Shown piece after piece: positions 15,893-24,743 of a stretch of DNA of 32,000 nt; positions within the stretch are counted from its first letter, which is position 1, and each line of letters starts with the position of its first letter. Under the pieces are notes generated by a model. The model had not been told where the DNA came from, searched no databases, and saw nothing but the letters and a program-made list of their open reading frames with translations. This DNA is from Candidatus Saccharimonadota bacterium (GTDB lineage Archaea > Nanohalarchaeota > Nanosalinia > Nanosalinales > Nanosalinaceae), in NCBI RefSeq assembly GCF_029232205.1, contig NZ_CP107255.1, forward strand, positions 720,001 to 752,000. The letters are read 5' to 3'. The position numbers and the translations under genes were made by a program.

Positions 15893-16330
15893 ATGAGAAC
15901 TGAAAAAGGCGTAATGCTGGTGGTTCACAAGAAGCCCAGCAGAGAAAACAGGTACCTGATCCTGAACAGGAAGAAGAACTGGGAGGGCTGGGAGCTTGCG
16001 AAAGGCCATCTGGAAGAAGATGACTACGAGCACACCGTTAAACTTGAGCTCAGAGAGGAGGCTGGTATTGACGAAGGCCAGATCCAGAGTATTGAAGACC
16101 TGGACCACACTGCAGAATGGAGTTTCGAGGATGAAGATGGAGAAGAAGTCCAGCGAGAGTATAAGGCCTTTCTTGTAGAGGTTACGCCTGAAGCAATTGC
16201 AGATGTTGAGCAGAATCCTTCAGATGAACACAGCCAGGCCTTTTTCCTCAGCAAGGAGGACTGTGAAGGCCTTCTTACATATGATAACCATAAGGAAGTT
16301 CTGGAGCTTGGTGCCGAGAAGGCAGAGTAA
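15893..16330 (+). CDS. Nudix hydrolase
   Basis: Nudix-box-like GHLEEDDYEHTVKLELREEAGI (one residue short, Arg position substituted), preceded by the typical W.LAKG context. Confidence 0.75.
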   Translation: MRTEKGVMLVVHKKPSRENRYLILNRKKNWEGWELAKGHLEEDDYEHTVKLELREEAGIDEGQIQSIEDLDHTAEWSFEDEDGEEVQREYKAFLVEVTPEAIADVEQNPSDEHSQAFFLSKEDCEGLLTYDNHKEVLELGAEKAE

Positions 16331-16362
16331 CTGTTTAAAGATCAGATTCTGTTTTTGTTTCT

Positions 16363-16614
16363 ATGTCAAAGCCTGAAGAAATGCTGGAGCTTTACCAGTT
16401 CGAACAGTGTCCTTACTGCAAGAAAGTCAGAGAAAAACTTACTGAACTACAGATTGATTACATTGCTCGGCAGGTAGATGCCAGCGGCGACCGTGAAAAA
16501 GTGAAGGAGATCTCAGGCCAGACAGGAGTTCCTGTACTGGTTGATCCAAACACCGACACAGTTATGCCGGAGAGCGACGACATAGTCGACTACCTGGAAG
16601 AACACTACGGCTAA
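16363..16614 (+). CDS. glutaredoxin-like protein
   Basis: 83 aa. CPYC active site near the N-terminus, with a downstream GVPVL motif. Confidence 0.85.
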   Translation: MSKPEEMLELYQFEQCPYCKKVREKLTELQIDYIARQVDASGDREKVKEISGQTGVPVLVDPNTDTVMPESDDIVDYLEEHYG

Positions 16615-16629
16615 ATTTTCCTCTTCTCT

Positions 16630-17034
16630 TTATTTCTGAGGTTCAAAGTATTCCATTCCCTCATCAAGAACTTCTTTTATCTCATCTAGTCCATATGCGT
16701 CTTCAACATTTACACCTAGATCGGCATGTACAGCTAGGACAGGAGTTACAGCCGCAAGGCCTTCAATATCGTACATTCCTGTTTCATCCCAGTAGATGCA
16801 TGCCTCTGCCCAGAGCTTCGATCCCTCCTCAACTCTGTCAAGTCTTGTTCCCGGGCTTCCAGCTTGTCTGTACCGTTTAAGCTGTTCCTGCACTCGTTCC
16901 AGCTGTTCTTCCTCTCTTCTCTGCTGATCAATCTCCGCCAATGCGTAGAAATGTGAAGCAGTTTCAAGATCCGAGAGCTCATCTATAGAGAGCTGGTTTT
17001 CATTATTATACTGTTCTTTTGATCGGAATTCCAT
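16630..17034 (-). CDS. hypothetical acidic protein
   Basis: 134-aa ORF with native composition. No motif recognised. Confidence 0.5.
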   Translation of the reverse strand: MEFRSKEQYNNENQLSIDELSDLETASHFYALAEIDQQRREEEQLERVQEQLKRYRQAGSPGTRLDRVEEGSKLWAEACIYWDETGMYDIEGLAAVTPVLAVHADLGVNVEDAYGLDEIKEVLDEGMEYFEPQK

Positions 17035-17090
17035 ATGTTGTTATCGACCAGTAAATTAAAAACAGTAGTATTTCCTAACTCTTCATAAGA

Positions 17091-17753
17091 ATGGCAGTCG
17101 ATCGCGATAGCACAGAGGAAGACATATTCTTTGACATAAAAGGAATATTCCCAGAAGCAGTGGATGAATTTCAGGAACAGATGCCGGAAATGAGCGAAGG
17201 AGACTACATGATCGGAGGCCGAATGAGAGAAGACATGAAACCCTTCGTGTACTCAGGCCTTGTATCAGAATTCCCTGTCAACGGAGAAACAGTATTTATA
17301 GTGACAGAAAGAGGAGAACAGGTCCTGGAAGGATACGAAGATCCAGAAGAAGTCACAGCACAGAAACCAACAGTCGACAGAGAAGAGGCCTATGAAGTAT
17401 TCAATGCAGACACCGAAGACTTCGCACAGGCCATCATCTCAGAAGAACTGCTGACACAGTACCGCAGAAAAAAGGAGCAACAAGTACAGAGCGCTGAAGG
17501 AGAGAGCTGGGAGAACTACCTGGACTTCGGGACAGAAATGCTGAACAACTGGGAACAGGTGTTCCACCGAGCAAATAACTCAGAGGATAGAGAACTACAG
17601 CAGTACGCAGAAGAAGTAGGATACAGACTTGACGAACTAACAGAAGGCCTTGTAAACCTTGCAGACGAGAAAGAAGGCCAGCACATCGAATCAGTGAGAG
17701 ACAGCATCTACGAGCTAGAAGGCCTGACAGAACAGTTCAACCACGAAATGTAA
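17091..17753 (+). CDS. hypothetical acidic protein
   Basis: 220-aa ORF. Its stop codon lies inside the promoter box of the next gene. Confidence 0.55.
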   Translation: MAVDRDSTEEDIFFDIKGIFPEAVDEFQEQMPEMSEGDYMIGGRMREDMKPFVYSGLVSEFPVNGETVFIVTERGEQVLEGYEDPEEVTAQKPTVDREEAYEVFNADTEDFAQAIISEELLTQYRRKKEQQVQSAEGESWENYLDFGTEMLNNWEQVFHRANNSEDRELQQYAEEVGYRLDELTEGLVNLADEKEGQHIESVRDSIYELEGLTEQFNHEM

Positions 17754-17757
17754 AAAC
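17745..17757 (+). promoter_or_regulatory. BRE/TATA-like box GAAATGTAAAAAC, 24 nt upstream of the LamG-1 ATG
   Basis: The same 13-mer (one A/G difference) recurs at the same distance upstream of all three LamG paralogs. Confidence 0.5.
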
Positions 17758-17781
17758 TGTTGAAACCAAAAATTCTGTAAC

Positions 17782-20532
17782 ATGCCGATCCCAGGCCTTA
17801 TTTCTAGCAAAAGAACTACCGCAGCAATTCTACTGATAGGCCTTGCCACAGCGATAGCTCTCACACCTGTAAGCTCAATGACAGGAAATGTATTCCAATC
17901 AGCAACACTAGATACAAACAGCACGAGCCAGGCCGCAACCACCAGCGAAGCAACAACATCAAACACAAACTCACTGAACAACGGGTTAACGGCCTACTAC
18001 CGTTTCGACGATGTCAAGGCCTCAAGAGGATATAGTTTACAGTTTGATGGCAGTGATGATTATGTTGAGACGAGAGGTCCTGAGGAACTCTACAATTACT
18101 CAATATCCATCTGGTTTAAAGCAGATAACAGAGGCGGAGAAAGGCCTGTCTTCCAGGACTCTTATGGCGCTCCCGCAGGATACAGCCACGGTTATCCCAC
18201 GATAGGCATGGATCCCTCAGCAATCTACTTTACAGGAGGCTATAACGGTTCAACGTACGATAAGGCAGAGTTAACGAGCGCAGTTTCAGGTAAGTGGTAC
18301 CATGGAGTGCTCGTTAGCAACGGACAAAACTCTAATTTTGAAGCATACGTAAACGGACAAAAAATTGGAGAGACACACTGGGTTTCCGGATCACAGCTGA
18401 ATATAACCAACAGCACAATAGGAGCAAGGCCCGAGAAAGCAAAAAACAACCCGGATCAAACCCATCATTTTGACGGAAAAATCGACCAACTACAAATCTA
18501 TGACAGATCACTCAAAGACTTTGAAGTCAAAAAACTCTACAGAGAAGAACCACTAGCAAAAGGGCTGCTATCCGAGTATCCTCTAAACTCAGGGCCTGAA
18601 AACTGCGACCTGACACAAGAGAATAACTGTATAGAGAATTCTCTAGACTCAGCTTACGATGCAAGGCCCGTCAACTTCAACGACAATAATCTAGATACAG
18701 GCAGCGGATGGACAGATGAAACTCCTGTCAACAGGCCTTCTGCCGAGGACTCCTCAGTTTTCAACTCACTAGGCACAGGGTTTGGTGGGGCAGAAGGAAA
18801 TCTTAACAATTTTGATTTCTCCTCCTCAAGCGGTTGGAGCAGCGGACACATAGGAGAGCACTCTCTCAAATTTGACGGCAGCGATGACTTTGTCAGTGTG
18901 CCCTACAGAAAAACCTTTAACTTCAGCGGAGACTCATGGAGCCTAAGCCTTTGGTTCAAAGCTTCAGGAGATCCTGATGCAGAAGTACTGCTTGCTCAGG
19001 GAGATGGCGCCGAGTTCAATGACGGGTGGACTCTTAGAGATAGCTGGGACTCAACCGGGCCTCTAATGTTCCGATCTGGAGGCAACACATTATCAGCCTC
19101 TGGGGTGTGGGACAATGACTGGCATCATGCCGCAGTTTCCATAGAACCAGAGGGAGAATCACACCTATACGTGGACGGACAGCTTAGAGACAGTGGTGCT
19201 ACCTCAAACTTCGGACCATTCAACTCAACAGAATCATTCTTAATAGGCGATAAAGGGAATGGAGAAATATTAAACGGATCAATAGATGATGTGAGAATAT
19301 ACCACACCGCGCTCACACCCTCACAAGTAGACAAAATCTACAGAAAGCAACCAATTACTGAAAACCTATCAAATCGCTGGAACTTCGAATCAGGAAACCT
19401 CAAAACAGCATATGATACAGGAGACACCACCAACCAAGGAGTTCTGAATACGAACTCTGTAGCAACATACGGTGGTTTAAACTTCATAAGCTCAAAAACC
19501 TCTCAGCAAATATCCTCACTCTCTTTCTGGGCCTCGGAAGACGGAAAATGGAGGCACTATGTTGAAACGAATGGAACTCGATTTATTGACGGTAGGGAAG
19601 AGTCCTGGGGCCATCCTTTAGTCACTAACAGTTCTTATGGTACGAATATTGGTTCTCCTTTCTACGAGTCGGGGATTGTAGAAAATGTCTCTAACTGGAC
19701 TTATGTAGGCCTTGACGGCGAGTTCGATGATCCTGTAGTAATTGTTAATGGCCAGGGAAGCTTTGATGCAGGTGATGAGCCAAGAGAGTCCAGAGCACTT
19801 GTCAGAAATATCGGGCCCGAAGGATTCGAGGTTCAGAATGTTAACGAAAATGATTCGCTGGTGGAAGAAGATATCGGGTATATTGTTATGGAGAAAGGCC
19901 ACCATACTATCGATGGAGTGGAGGTAGAGGCCGGTACATACAATACCTCTGGATCAACCAGTTCCTACAACTGGAATCAATCATTTGGATCCAATTCTAT
20001 AAACATGATTGACACACTGCAGGAGGAAACATCTCACGCGTACAGCTCAAGAGTTGACACAAGTTCCTTGGATTCACAGGGATTCTCGATTTACTGGGAA
20101 TCATTCGACCAGAGTCAGGGGGCAGATCAGGACGGAGGAGGCTTTCAGGCAGGTTACATAGCCTATAGAACCGATCAGTCAAACACCAGGTTTGAAGGCG
20201 ACATATACCCGAACTGTCCAGAAGACACAGACACAGGTGGCTGGTGCCAGGTAAACTTCTCCACAGAATTTAGCGAGACACCGATCATGTTCGCTAACCC
20301 TCTCGGAACAAGCGGAGGAGACCCTTCTGTAGGAAGCTTCTCAGACCTAACCACCGAGGGCGTCAAAATAAGAATTACAGAAGGAGATGTATACGACGGA
20401 GAACAGGGCCACGTCAACGTAGACCTGCCATGGACAGTATGGACAGACAGCTTCGAAGGCAGAATCGACGAGTTCAGGGCCTACAACAGAAGCCTTACGG
20501 ACAGCGAAACAACCAGACTTGGCCTCAAATAG
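17782..20532 (+). CDS. secreted/anchored multi-LamG (concanavalin A-like lectin) protein, paralog 1
   Basis: N-terminal hydrophobic segment AAILLIGLATAIAL, then an S/T-rich linker. LamG-type units run LQFDGSDDYV..SIWFK..WYHG..FDGKIDQLQIYDRSL and LKFDGSDDFV..SLWFK..WHHAA..LNGSIDDVRIYHTAL. A third unit closes with FEGRIDEFRAYNRSLTDSE. Confidence 0.85.
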   Translation: MPIPGLISSKRTTAAILLIGLATAIALTPVSSMTGNVFQSATLDTNSTSQAATTSEATTSNTNSLNNGLTAYYRFDDVKASRGYSLQFDGSDDYVETRGPEELYNYSISIWFKADNRGGERPVFQDSYGAPAGYSHGYPTIGMDPSAIYFTGGYNGSTYDKAELTSAVSGKWYHGVLVSNGQNSNFEAYVNGQKIGETHWVSGSQLNITNSTIGARPEKAKNNPDQTHHFDGKIDQLQIYDRSLKDFEVKKLYREEPLAKGLLSEYPLNSGPENCDLTQENNCIENSLDSAYDARPVNFNDNNLDTGSGWTDETPVNRPSAEDSSVFNSLGTGFGGAEGNLNNFDFSSSSGWSSGHIGEHSLKFDGSDDFVSVPYRKTFNFSGDSWSLSLWFKASGDPDAEVLLAQGDGAEFNDGWTLRDSWDSTGPLMFRSGGNTLSASGVWDNDWHHAAVSIEPEGESHLYVDGQLRDSGATSNFGPFNSTESFLIGDKGNGEILNGSIDDVRIYHTALTPSQVDKIYRKQPITENLSNRWNFESGNLKTAYDTGDTTNQGVLNTNSVATYGGLNFISSKTSQQISSLSFWASEDGKWRHYVETNGTRFIDGREESWGHPLVTNSSYGTNIGSPFYESGIVENVSNWTYVGLDGEFDDPVVIVNGQGSFDAGDEPRESRALVRNIGPEGFEVQNVNENDSLVEEDIGYIVMEKGHHTIDGVEVEAGTYNTSGSTSSYNWNQSFGSNSINMIDTLQEETSHAYSSRVDTSSLDSQGFSIYWESFDQSQGADQDGGGFQAGYIAYRTDQSNTRFEGDIYPNCPEDTDTGGWCQVNFSTEFSETPIMFANPLGTSGGDPSVGSFSDLTTEGVKIRITEGDVYDGEQGHVNVDLPWTVWTDSFEGRIDEFRAYNRSLTDSETTRLGLK

Positions 20533-20545
20533 GTTGAAAACCGGG

Positions 20546-20558
20546 GAAATGTAAAGAC
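20546..20558 (+). promoter_or_regulatory. BRE/TATA-like box GAAATGTAAAGAC, 24 nt upstream of the LamG-2 ATG
   Basis: See 17745-17757. Spacing to the start codon is identical. Confidence 0.5.
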
Positions 20559-20582
20559 ACAGACACAAATAAAATATACAGA

Positions 20583-23500
20583 ATGAAAACAGGCCTAAAA
20601 AATAACAGAAAAACTGCAGTAATCGCGGCACTAGGCCTTATAACTGCAATAACAGTTTTCTCAGGATCCGGCCTCACCGGAGAACTCTCGTCATCAACTT
20701 TGATCAATGATGGAGAACAGCCAAGGACAGCAACCACATCCGACACATCCACAAGCACAAGCACTCTTAACGATGGCCTGAAAGCATACTACCGTTTCGA
20801 CAACGTCAAGGCCTCAAGAGGATATAGCATTGAATTGGATGGATCGGATGATTATTTACAAATACCTAGTTCCGATAGTCTCAATACAACTGGCGCCATT
20901 ACAGTTTCTGGATGGGCTAAATTCGATACCACAGGGCAATCATCAGGATTGTTTGGCAGAGGAATCTACACGGGATCATGCAAAGGCCTAAACCCTTACT
21001 TCATAAGGTTGAATGAATCTGGAAGCCAGCTCGTGTGGAGTCTGGGAAAGGATACCAGTTGCGGTAACTTTGGTAGTAGGGTTACAGACAGCTTCAGCTA
21101 CGAAACAGGAAAATGGTATCACATAGCCGGCGTCTGGAACGGCTCCACAGCACCAAACAGCCAGAGACTTTACGTGGACGGCACAAAAGTAGCCCAAGGA
21201 TCTCCAGGTTTCTCCAATCTTTATAAAGATAATACTTATAACGTTATCGGTTACGGCGAACAGCACCTGGACGGAGAAGTAGACAACGTCAGAGTATATG
21301 AAAGAGCGCTATCCTCCAAAGAAATAAACAATCTATACAAAGGCCTTCCTGTCTCTAGAAACAACCTAATCCTCTACCAGCGATTCAACGAAGGTCCTAA
21401 CAACTGCGACCTTACCACTTTCTTGAACTGCCTCGAAGATGAATCTACGAACAAAAACAATGCAGAGGGCCGCGGCATCGAAGACAATAATCTGGATACA
21501 GGTTCAGGATGGACAAAAGAAACACCCGTAAACAGGCCTTCTGCAGAAGATACTGGAAGACAAAATACCATCTTCTTTGAAGGAGGCGACAACGAAGTCT
21601 TCTTTGAAGGCGGGAATAACGGAGAATTGATGGACTTTGACTTCAACGCAAGCAGCGGATGGACTGCAGATAGCAAGGTTGGAGAGAAGGCTCTGAAGCT
21701 AGATGGTGTTGATGATATAGTCAGAGTTAGAGATAATCCTGACCTGGATTTCAATCAGGAAATTACTGCTTCGGTCTGGTTCAAACCTCTTGAGGGAGGT
21801 AATGGCAGCACTGATAGATCTCTCAATCTCATCTCCAAAAGATGGGGTGGAGGCGGATACACCGATATTAAATTTGAGCTGGGATACAATTCCGCCAACC
21901 AGATTACATGGACTCTGGGAGTTAACGATGAAGTAGAACTTCTTGAAATGACTTCTTCAGAAACCGTGACTCCTGAAACAGGATGGCACCACGCGGCCGG
22001 AACATACAACACCAACACGAACACAGCCAGAATATTTATCGACGGCTCCATGGTGAAAGAAATATCCTACACCGCAGACAATATTACCAGCATAAGCACT
22101 GACGACATGTATATCGGAGGTGGCGACATTTTCAACGATAGATACTACCTTAATGGCAGCATTGATGATGCAAGGCTCTACAGCACCTCTCTTTCACCTT
22201 CAGAAATACAAGAACTATACAATGGAGAACCTGTCAACGATGGCCTTGTAGGAAGATGGAACTTTGAATCAGGAGATGGGGAGACGGCCTATGATACATA
22301 CTACAAGAGCTCTGGAGTCCTGGGAGGATCTTCCATTGATTCAGGGCCTGAAACCTATGGTAGCGGCGGCCAGGTTTCTATGAACGAATCTACTGTTTCT
22401 GCATGGTACAGCAAAGGCGATCTACCTGAGAAAGTAAGTTCTACAGGCCGAAGATATGCTACTTTCTGTCTTCTAGACACCAGCGATGATCAAGGTCTTT
22501 TCAGCATTGGTTCTACACGTGACGGCAACTTTATCCAGATACAGAATCTTTCAACTTCTGGCGACGTAGTTCATACGCGGAATAATACTTTGAACAGAGG
22601 AGAGCTCTGGAGGTTCCCTTGCGATGATTACGGGCCTGACTCCGCTTTCAGGATTAACGCTGAGTATCCTGTATCTGTTGACTATGATTCTATGCTGGAT
22701 GCGAGGACCAGTGACGATGACTGGACTTCGCGGGCCGGAGAAGATATCTGGTTCTCCATGCCTAACGACAACAACGAAATGAGCATCACTGCTTACCGAA
22801 ATAATACCGAGGTAACACTGTACAACAGGAAGGATGAAACTTCTCAGAGCTTTACACTAGATAAGGACGAGTTCTGGACTTGTTCTGACTGCACGAACAG
22901 TCCAACGCTGTTCAACATCAAGACAAACGAAAATCACCCTGTAACAGTTCTTTACGGAAAGTTTGACGACAATTCAGGCTCTGAAATAGTGGCCCCAACC
23001 AGAAAGCTGTACAGAGTCTCGAAGGACTACGCCGAAAACGGCCAGAAAATACACATAGCTGCGGAGAAAGACAACACAGATGTAGATATCACAGATTACG
23101 CAGGAAACTGCACTACAACATCCACTACACTAAACGCAGGAGAAGTCTACTCCGACTCCTGCGGTCAGGGAACAATCAATCTCAAAGTAAACTCTTCCAA
23201 ACCTGTCTCCCTAACCTTAATCGAGGCCGGCGGCGACTACGGCCCAAGCATGTATCGCTCATCAACCAACAACTGGGGAATCGGAAAAGAATACAGCATC
23301 ACCTCAAGCAACGACCAGGGTAACAGCATCAGCCTTATCTCGCTGGCAGACAACAACCAGATCGATATCTCCGGATCCTTCAGCTACTCCGCGGAACTGG
23401 ACAAATACGAGAACCGATACGGTGTAGGAAACCTTCCTGTAAACGAATACCTCAAAATAGAGGCCGAACACCCGGTAGCAGTTGTAGGTGACGCAGGAAG

Positions 23501-23846
23501 CAACTACGAGGCCGCAATGGCCGTACTACCGCTACCTAAAATGAATATTGTAGAGGCCGGAGAATCAGGCATCGGAGTCAGCAAGGATAGAACCTTCGGA
23601 TTCAGCAGCGGCAATATTATCTCAACTGAAGGCCTTCGAACAGACCAATGGCAGAACCTTGTCATGACAGGAGGATCGAGCACCTCTCTATACATTGACG
23701 GCCGCAAAGCCCTGAACACAGATATCTCCTCCAGCGCTGAGAAAGGAAAAATCCGGATTGGAAGAGCTCCCGGAAAAATTGACGAAGTCCGTGTGTACGA
23801 CAGAAGTCTTTCAGACAGCGAAGTCCAAGATCTTCTTTTCCAGTAG
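20583..23846 (+). CDS. secreted/anchored multi-LamG protein, paralog 2, with a large insert in the third LamG unit
   Basis: Hydrophobic N-terminus AVIAALGLITAITVF. LamG closing motifs are LDGEVDNVRVYERALSSKE, LNGSIDDARLYSTSLSPSE and PGKIDEVRVYDRSLSDSE. The central ~500 aa contains repeated ..PV.V.. beta-type modules. Confidence 0.85.
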   Translation: MKTGLKNNRKTAVIAALGLITAITVFSGSGLTGELSSSTLINDGEQPRTATTSDTSTSTSTLNDGLKAYYRFDNVKASRGYSIELDGSDDYLQIPSSDSLNTTGAITVSGWAKFDTTGQSSGLFGRGIYTGSCKGLNPYFIRLNESGSQLVWSLGKDTSCGNFGSRVTDSFSYETGKWYHIAGVWNGSTAPNSQRLYVDGTKVAQGSPGFSNLYKDNTYNVIGYGEQHLDGEVDNVRVYERALSSKEINNLYKGLPVSRNNLILYQRFNEGPNNCDLTTFLNCLEDESTNKNNAEGRGIEDNNLDTGSGWTKETPVNRPSAEDTGRQNTIFFEGGDNEVFFEGGNNGELMDFDFNASSGWTADSKVGEKALKLDGVDDIVRVRDNPDLDFNQEITASVWFKPLEGGNGSTDRSLNLISKRWGGGGYTDIKFELGYNSANQITWTLGVNDEVELLEMTSSETVTPETGWHHAAGTYNTNTNTARIFIDGSMVKEISYTADNITSISTDDMYIGGGDIFNDRYYLNGSIDDARLYSTSLSPSEIQELYNGEPVNDGLVGRWNFESGDGETAYDTYYKSSGVLGGSSIDSGPETYGSGGQVSMNESTVSAWYSKGDLPEKVSSTGRRYATFCLLDTSDDQGLFSIGSTRDGNFIQIQNLSTSGDVVHTRNNTLNRGELWRFPCDDYGPDSAFRINAEYPVSVDYDSMLDARTSDDDWTSRAGEDIWFSMPNDNNEMSITAYRNNTEVTLYNRKDETSQSFTLDKDEFWTCSDCTNSPTLFNIKTNENHPVTVLYGKFDDNSGSEIVAPTRKLYRVSKDYAENGQKIHIAAEKDNTDVDITDYAGNCTTTSTTLNAGEVYSDSCGQGTINLKVNSSKPVSLTLIEAGGDYGPSMYRSSTNNWGIGKEYSITSSNDQGNSISLISLADNNQIDISGSFSYSAELDKYENRYGVGNLPVNEYLKIEAEHPVAVVGDAGSNYEAAMAVLPLPKMNIVEAGESGIGVSKDRTFGFSSGNIISTEGLRTDQWQNLVMTGGSSTSLYIDGRKALNTDISSSAEKGKIRIGRAPGKIDEVRVYDRSLSDSEVQDLLFQ

Positions 23847-23942
23847 GATTCAGCTCAAACAGAAGACAGGGAAACCATATAAGCAAAACTTATACCGGCA
23901 ATTACTAGCTTATATACTTTCAGCTATATAGCGTAGTAAGTT

Positions 23943-24701
23943 ATGCCATTCAAAAGCGACGGCGTAGAAGTAATTGCAGTCGACGACCAGGAAGACATCC
24001 TGGAGCTGACAAAACTATTTCTTGAACGTTTTGAGGAAGATCTCGAAGTAGAGACAACCACAGATCCTGAAAAAGTACTGGAAGACGTAGAGGAAGGCCT
24101 TTACGACGCGGTGCTCTCCGACTACGACATGCCTCGAATCACAGGCCTCGATCTTCTGGAAGAAGTCAGAGAGATCGATGAGGACCTGCCTTTCATTCTG
24201 TACACGGGAAAAGGCTCTGAGGAGATAGCGGCCGACGCGGTAAACCACGGCGTAACCGACTACTTCAGGAAAGAGGCCGGATCAGACCACTACCAGATGA
24301 TTGCCAAAAGCCTCACAGATGCAGTAGACAAGTACAGAAACGCAAAGGAAAGAGAAGTGTTCGAGGCCATAGTCGACAACTCGGAAAACCCTATTCTCAT
24401 CACAGATCCAGAATCCGAGATACTCTACGTAAACCCGGCACTGCTGGAGGTAACAGGATATGATTCAGAAGAACTTCTGGGAGAAAACCTCTCCAAGATC
24501 ACACCTGGCGAAAGCTACGCTGCACTCTACGAGGCCTCAGAAGACGCAAAAGTACTTGAAGCACAGGACGTACGAGGACTGAAGAAAAACGGCGACTCAT
24601 ACAGCCAGGACCAGCAAATCATCCCGATAAAAGGAAAAGATGGATGGCCTGAATTCTACGCATCAATATCAGACCTACTAGAACCCTCAGAAACAGAATA
24701 A
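23943..24701 (+). CDS. response regulator: receiver (REC) domain plus PAS domain, no DNA-binding output
   Basis: REC residues are VDDQ, the phospho-acceptor context LSDYDMPRITG, LYTGKG and DYFRK. The PAS-like part is FEAIVDNSENPILITDPESEILYVNPALLEVTGYDSEELLG. Confidence 0.85.
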   Translation: MPFKSDGVEVIAVDDQEDILELTKLFLERFEEDLEVETTTDPEKVLEDVEEGLYDAVLSDYDMPRITGLDLLEEVREIDEDLPFILYTGKGSEEIAADAVNHGVTDYFRKEAGSDHYQMIAKSLTDAVDKYRNAKEREVFEAIVDNSENPILITDPESEILYVNPALLEVTGYDSEELLGENLSKITPGESYAALYEASEDAKVLEAQDVRGLKKNGDSYSQDQQIIPIKGKDGWPEFYASISDLLEPSETE

Positions 24702-24707
24702 AGACAC

Positions 24708-24720
24708 GAAATGTAAAAAC
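24708..24720 (+). promoter_or_regulatory. BRE/TATA-like box GAAATGTAAAAAC, 23 nt upstream of the LamG-3 ATG
   Basis: The 16-mer CACGAAATGTAAAAAC is identical to the one at 17742-17757. Confidence 0.5.
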
Positions 24721-24743
24721 AAAGAAAGCGAAAACCCAACTGT

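Noticed and set aside
13900-15900. Replication origin next to the OapABC-like triad
   Set aside because: No Orc1/Cdc6 gene, no long AT-rich unwinding stretch and no ORB-like repeats. The intergenic gaps are under 120 bp.
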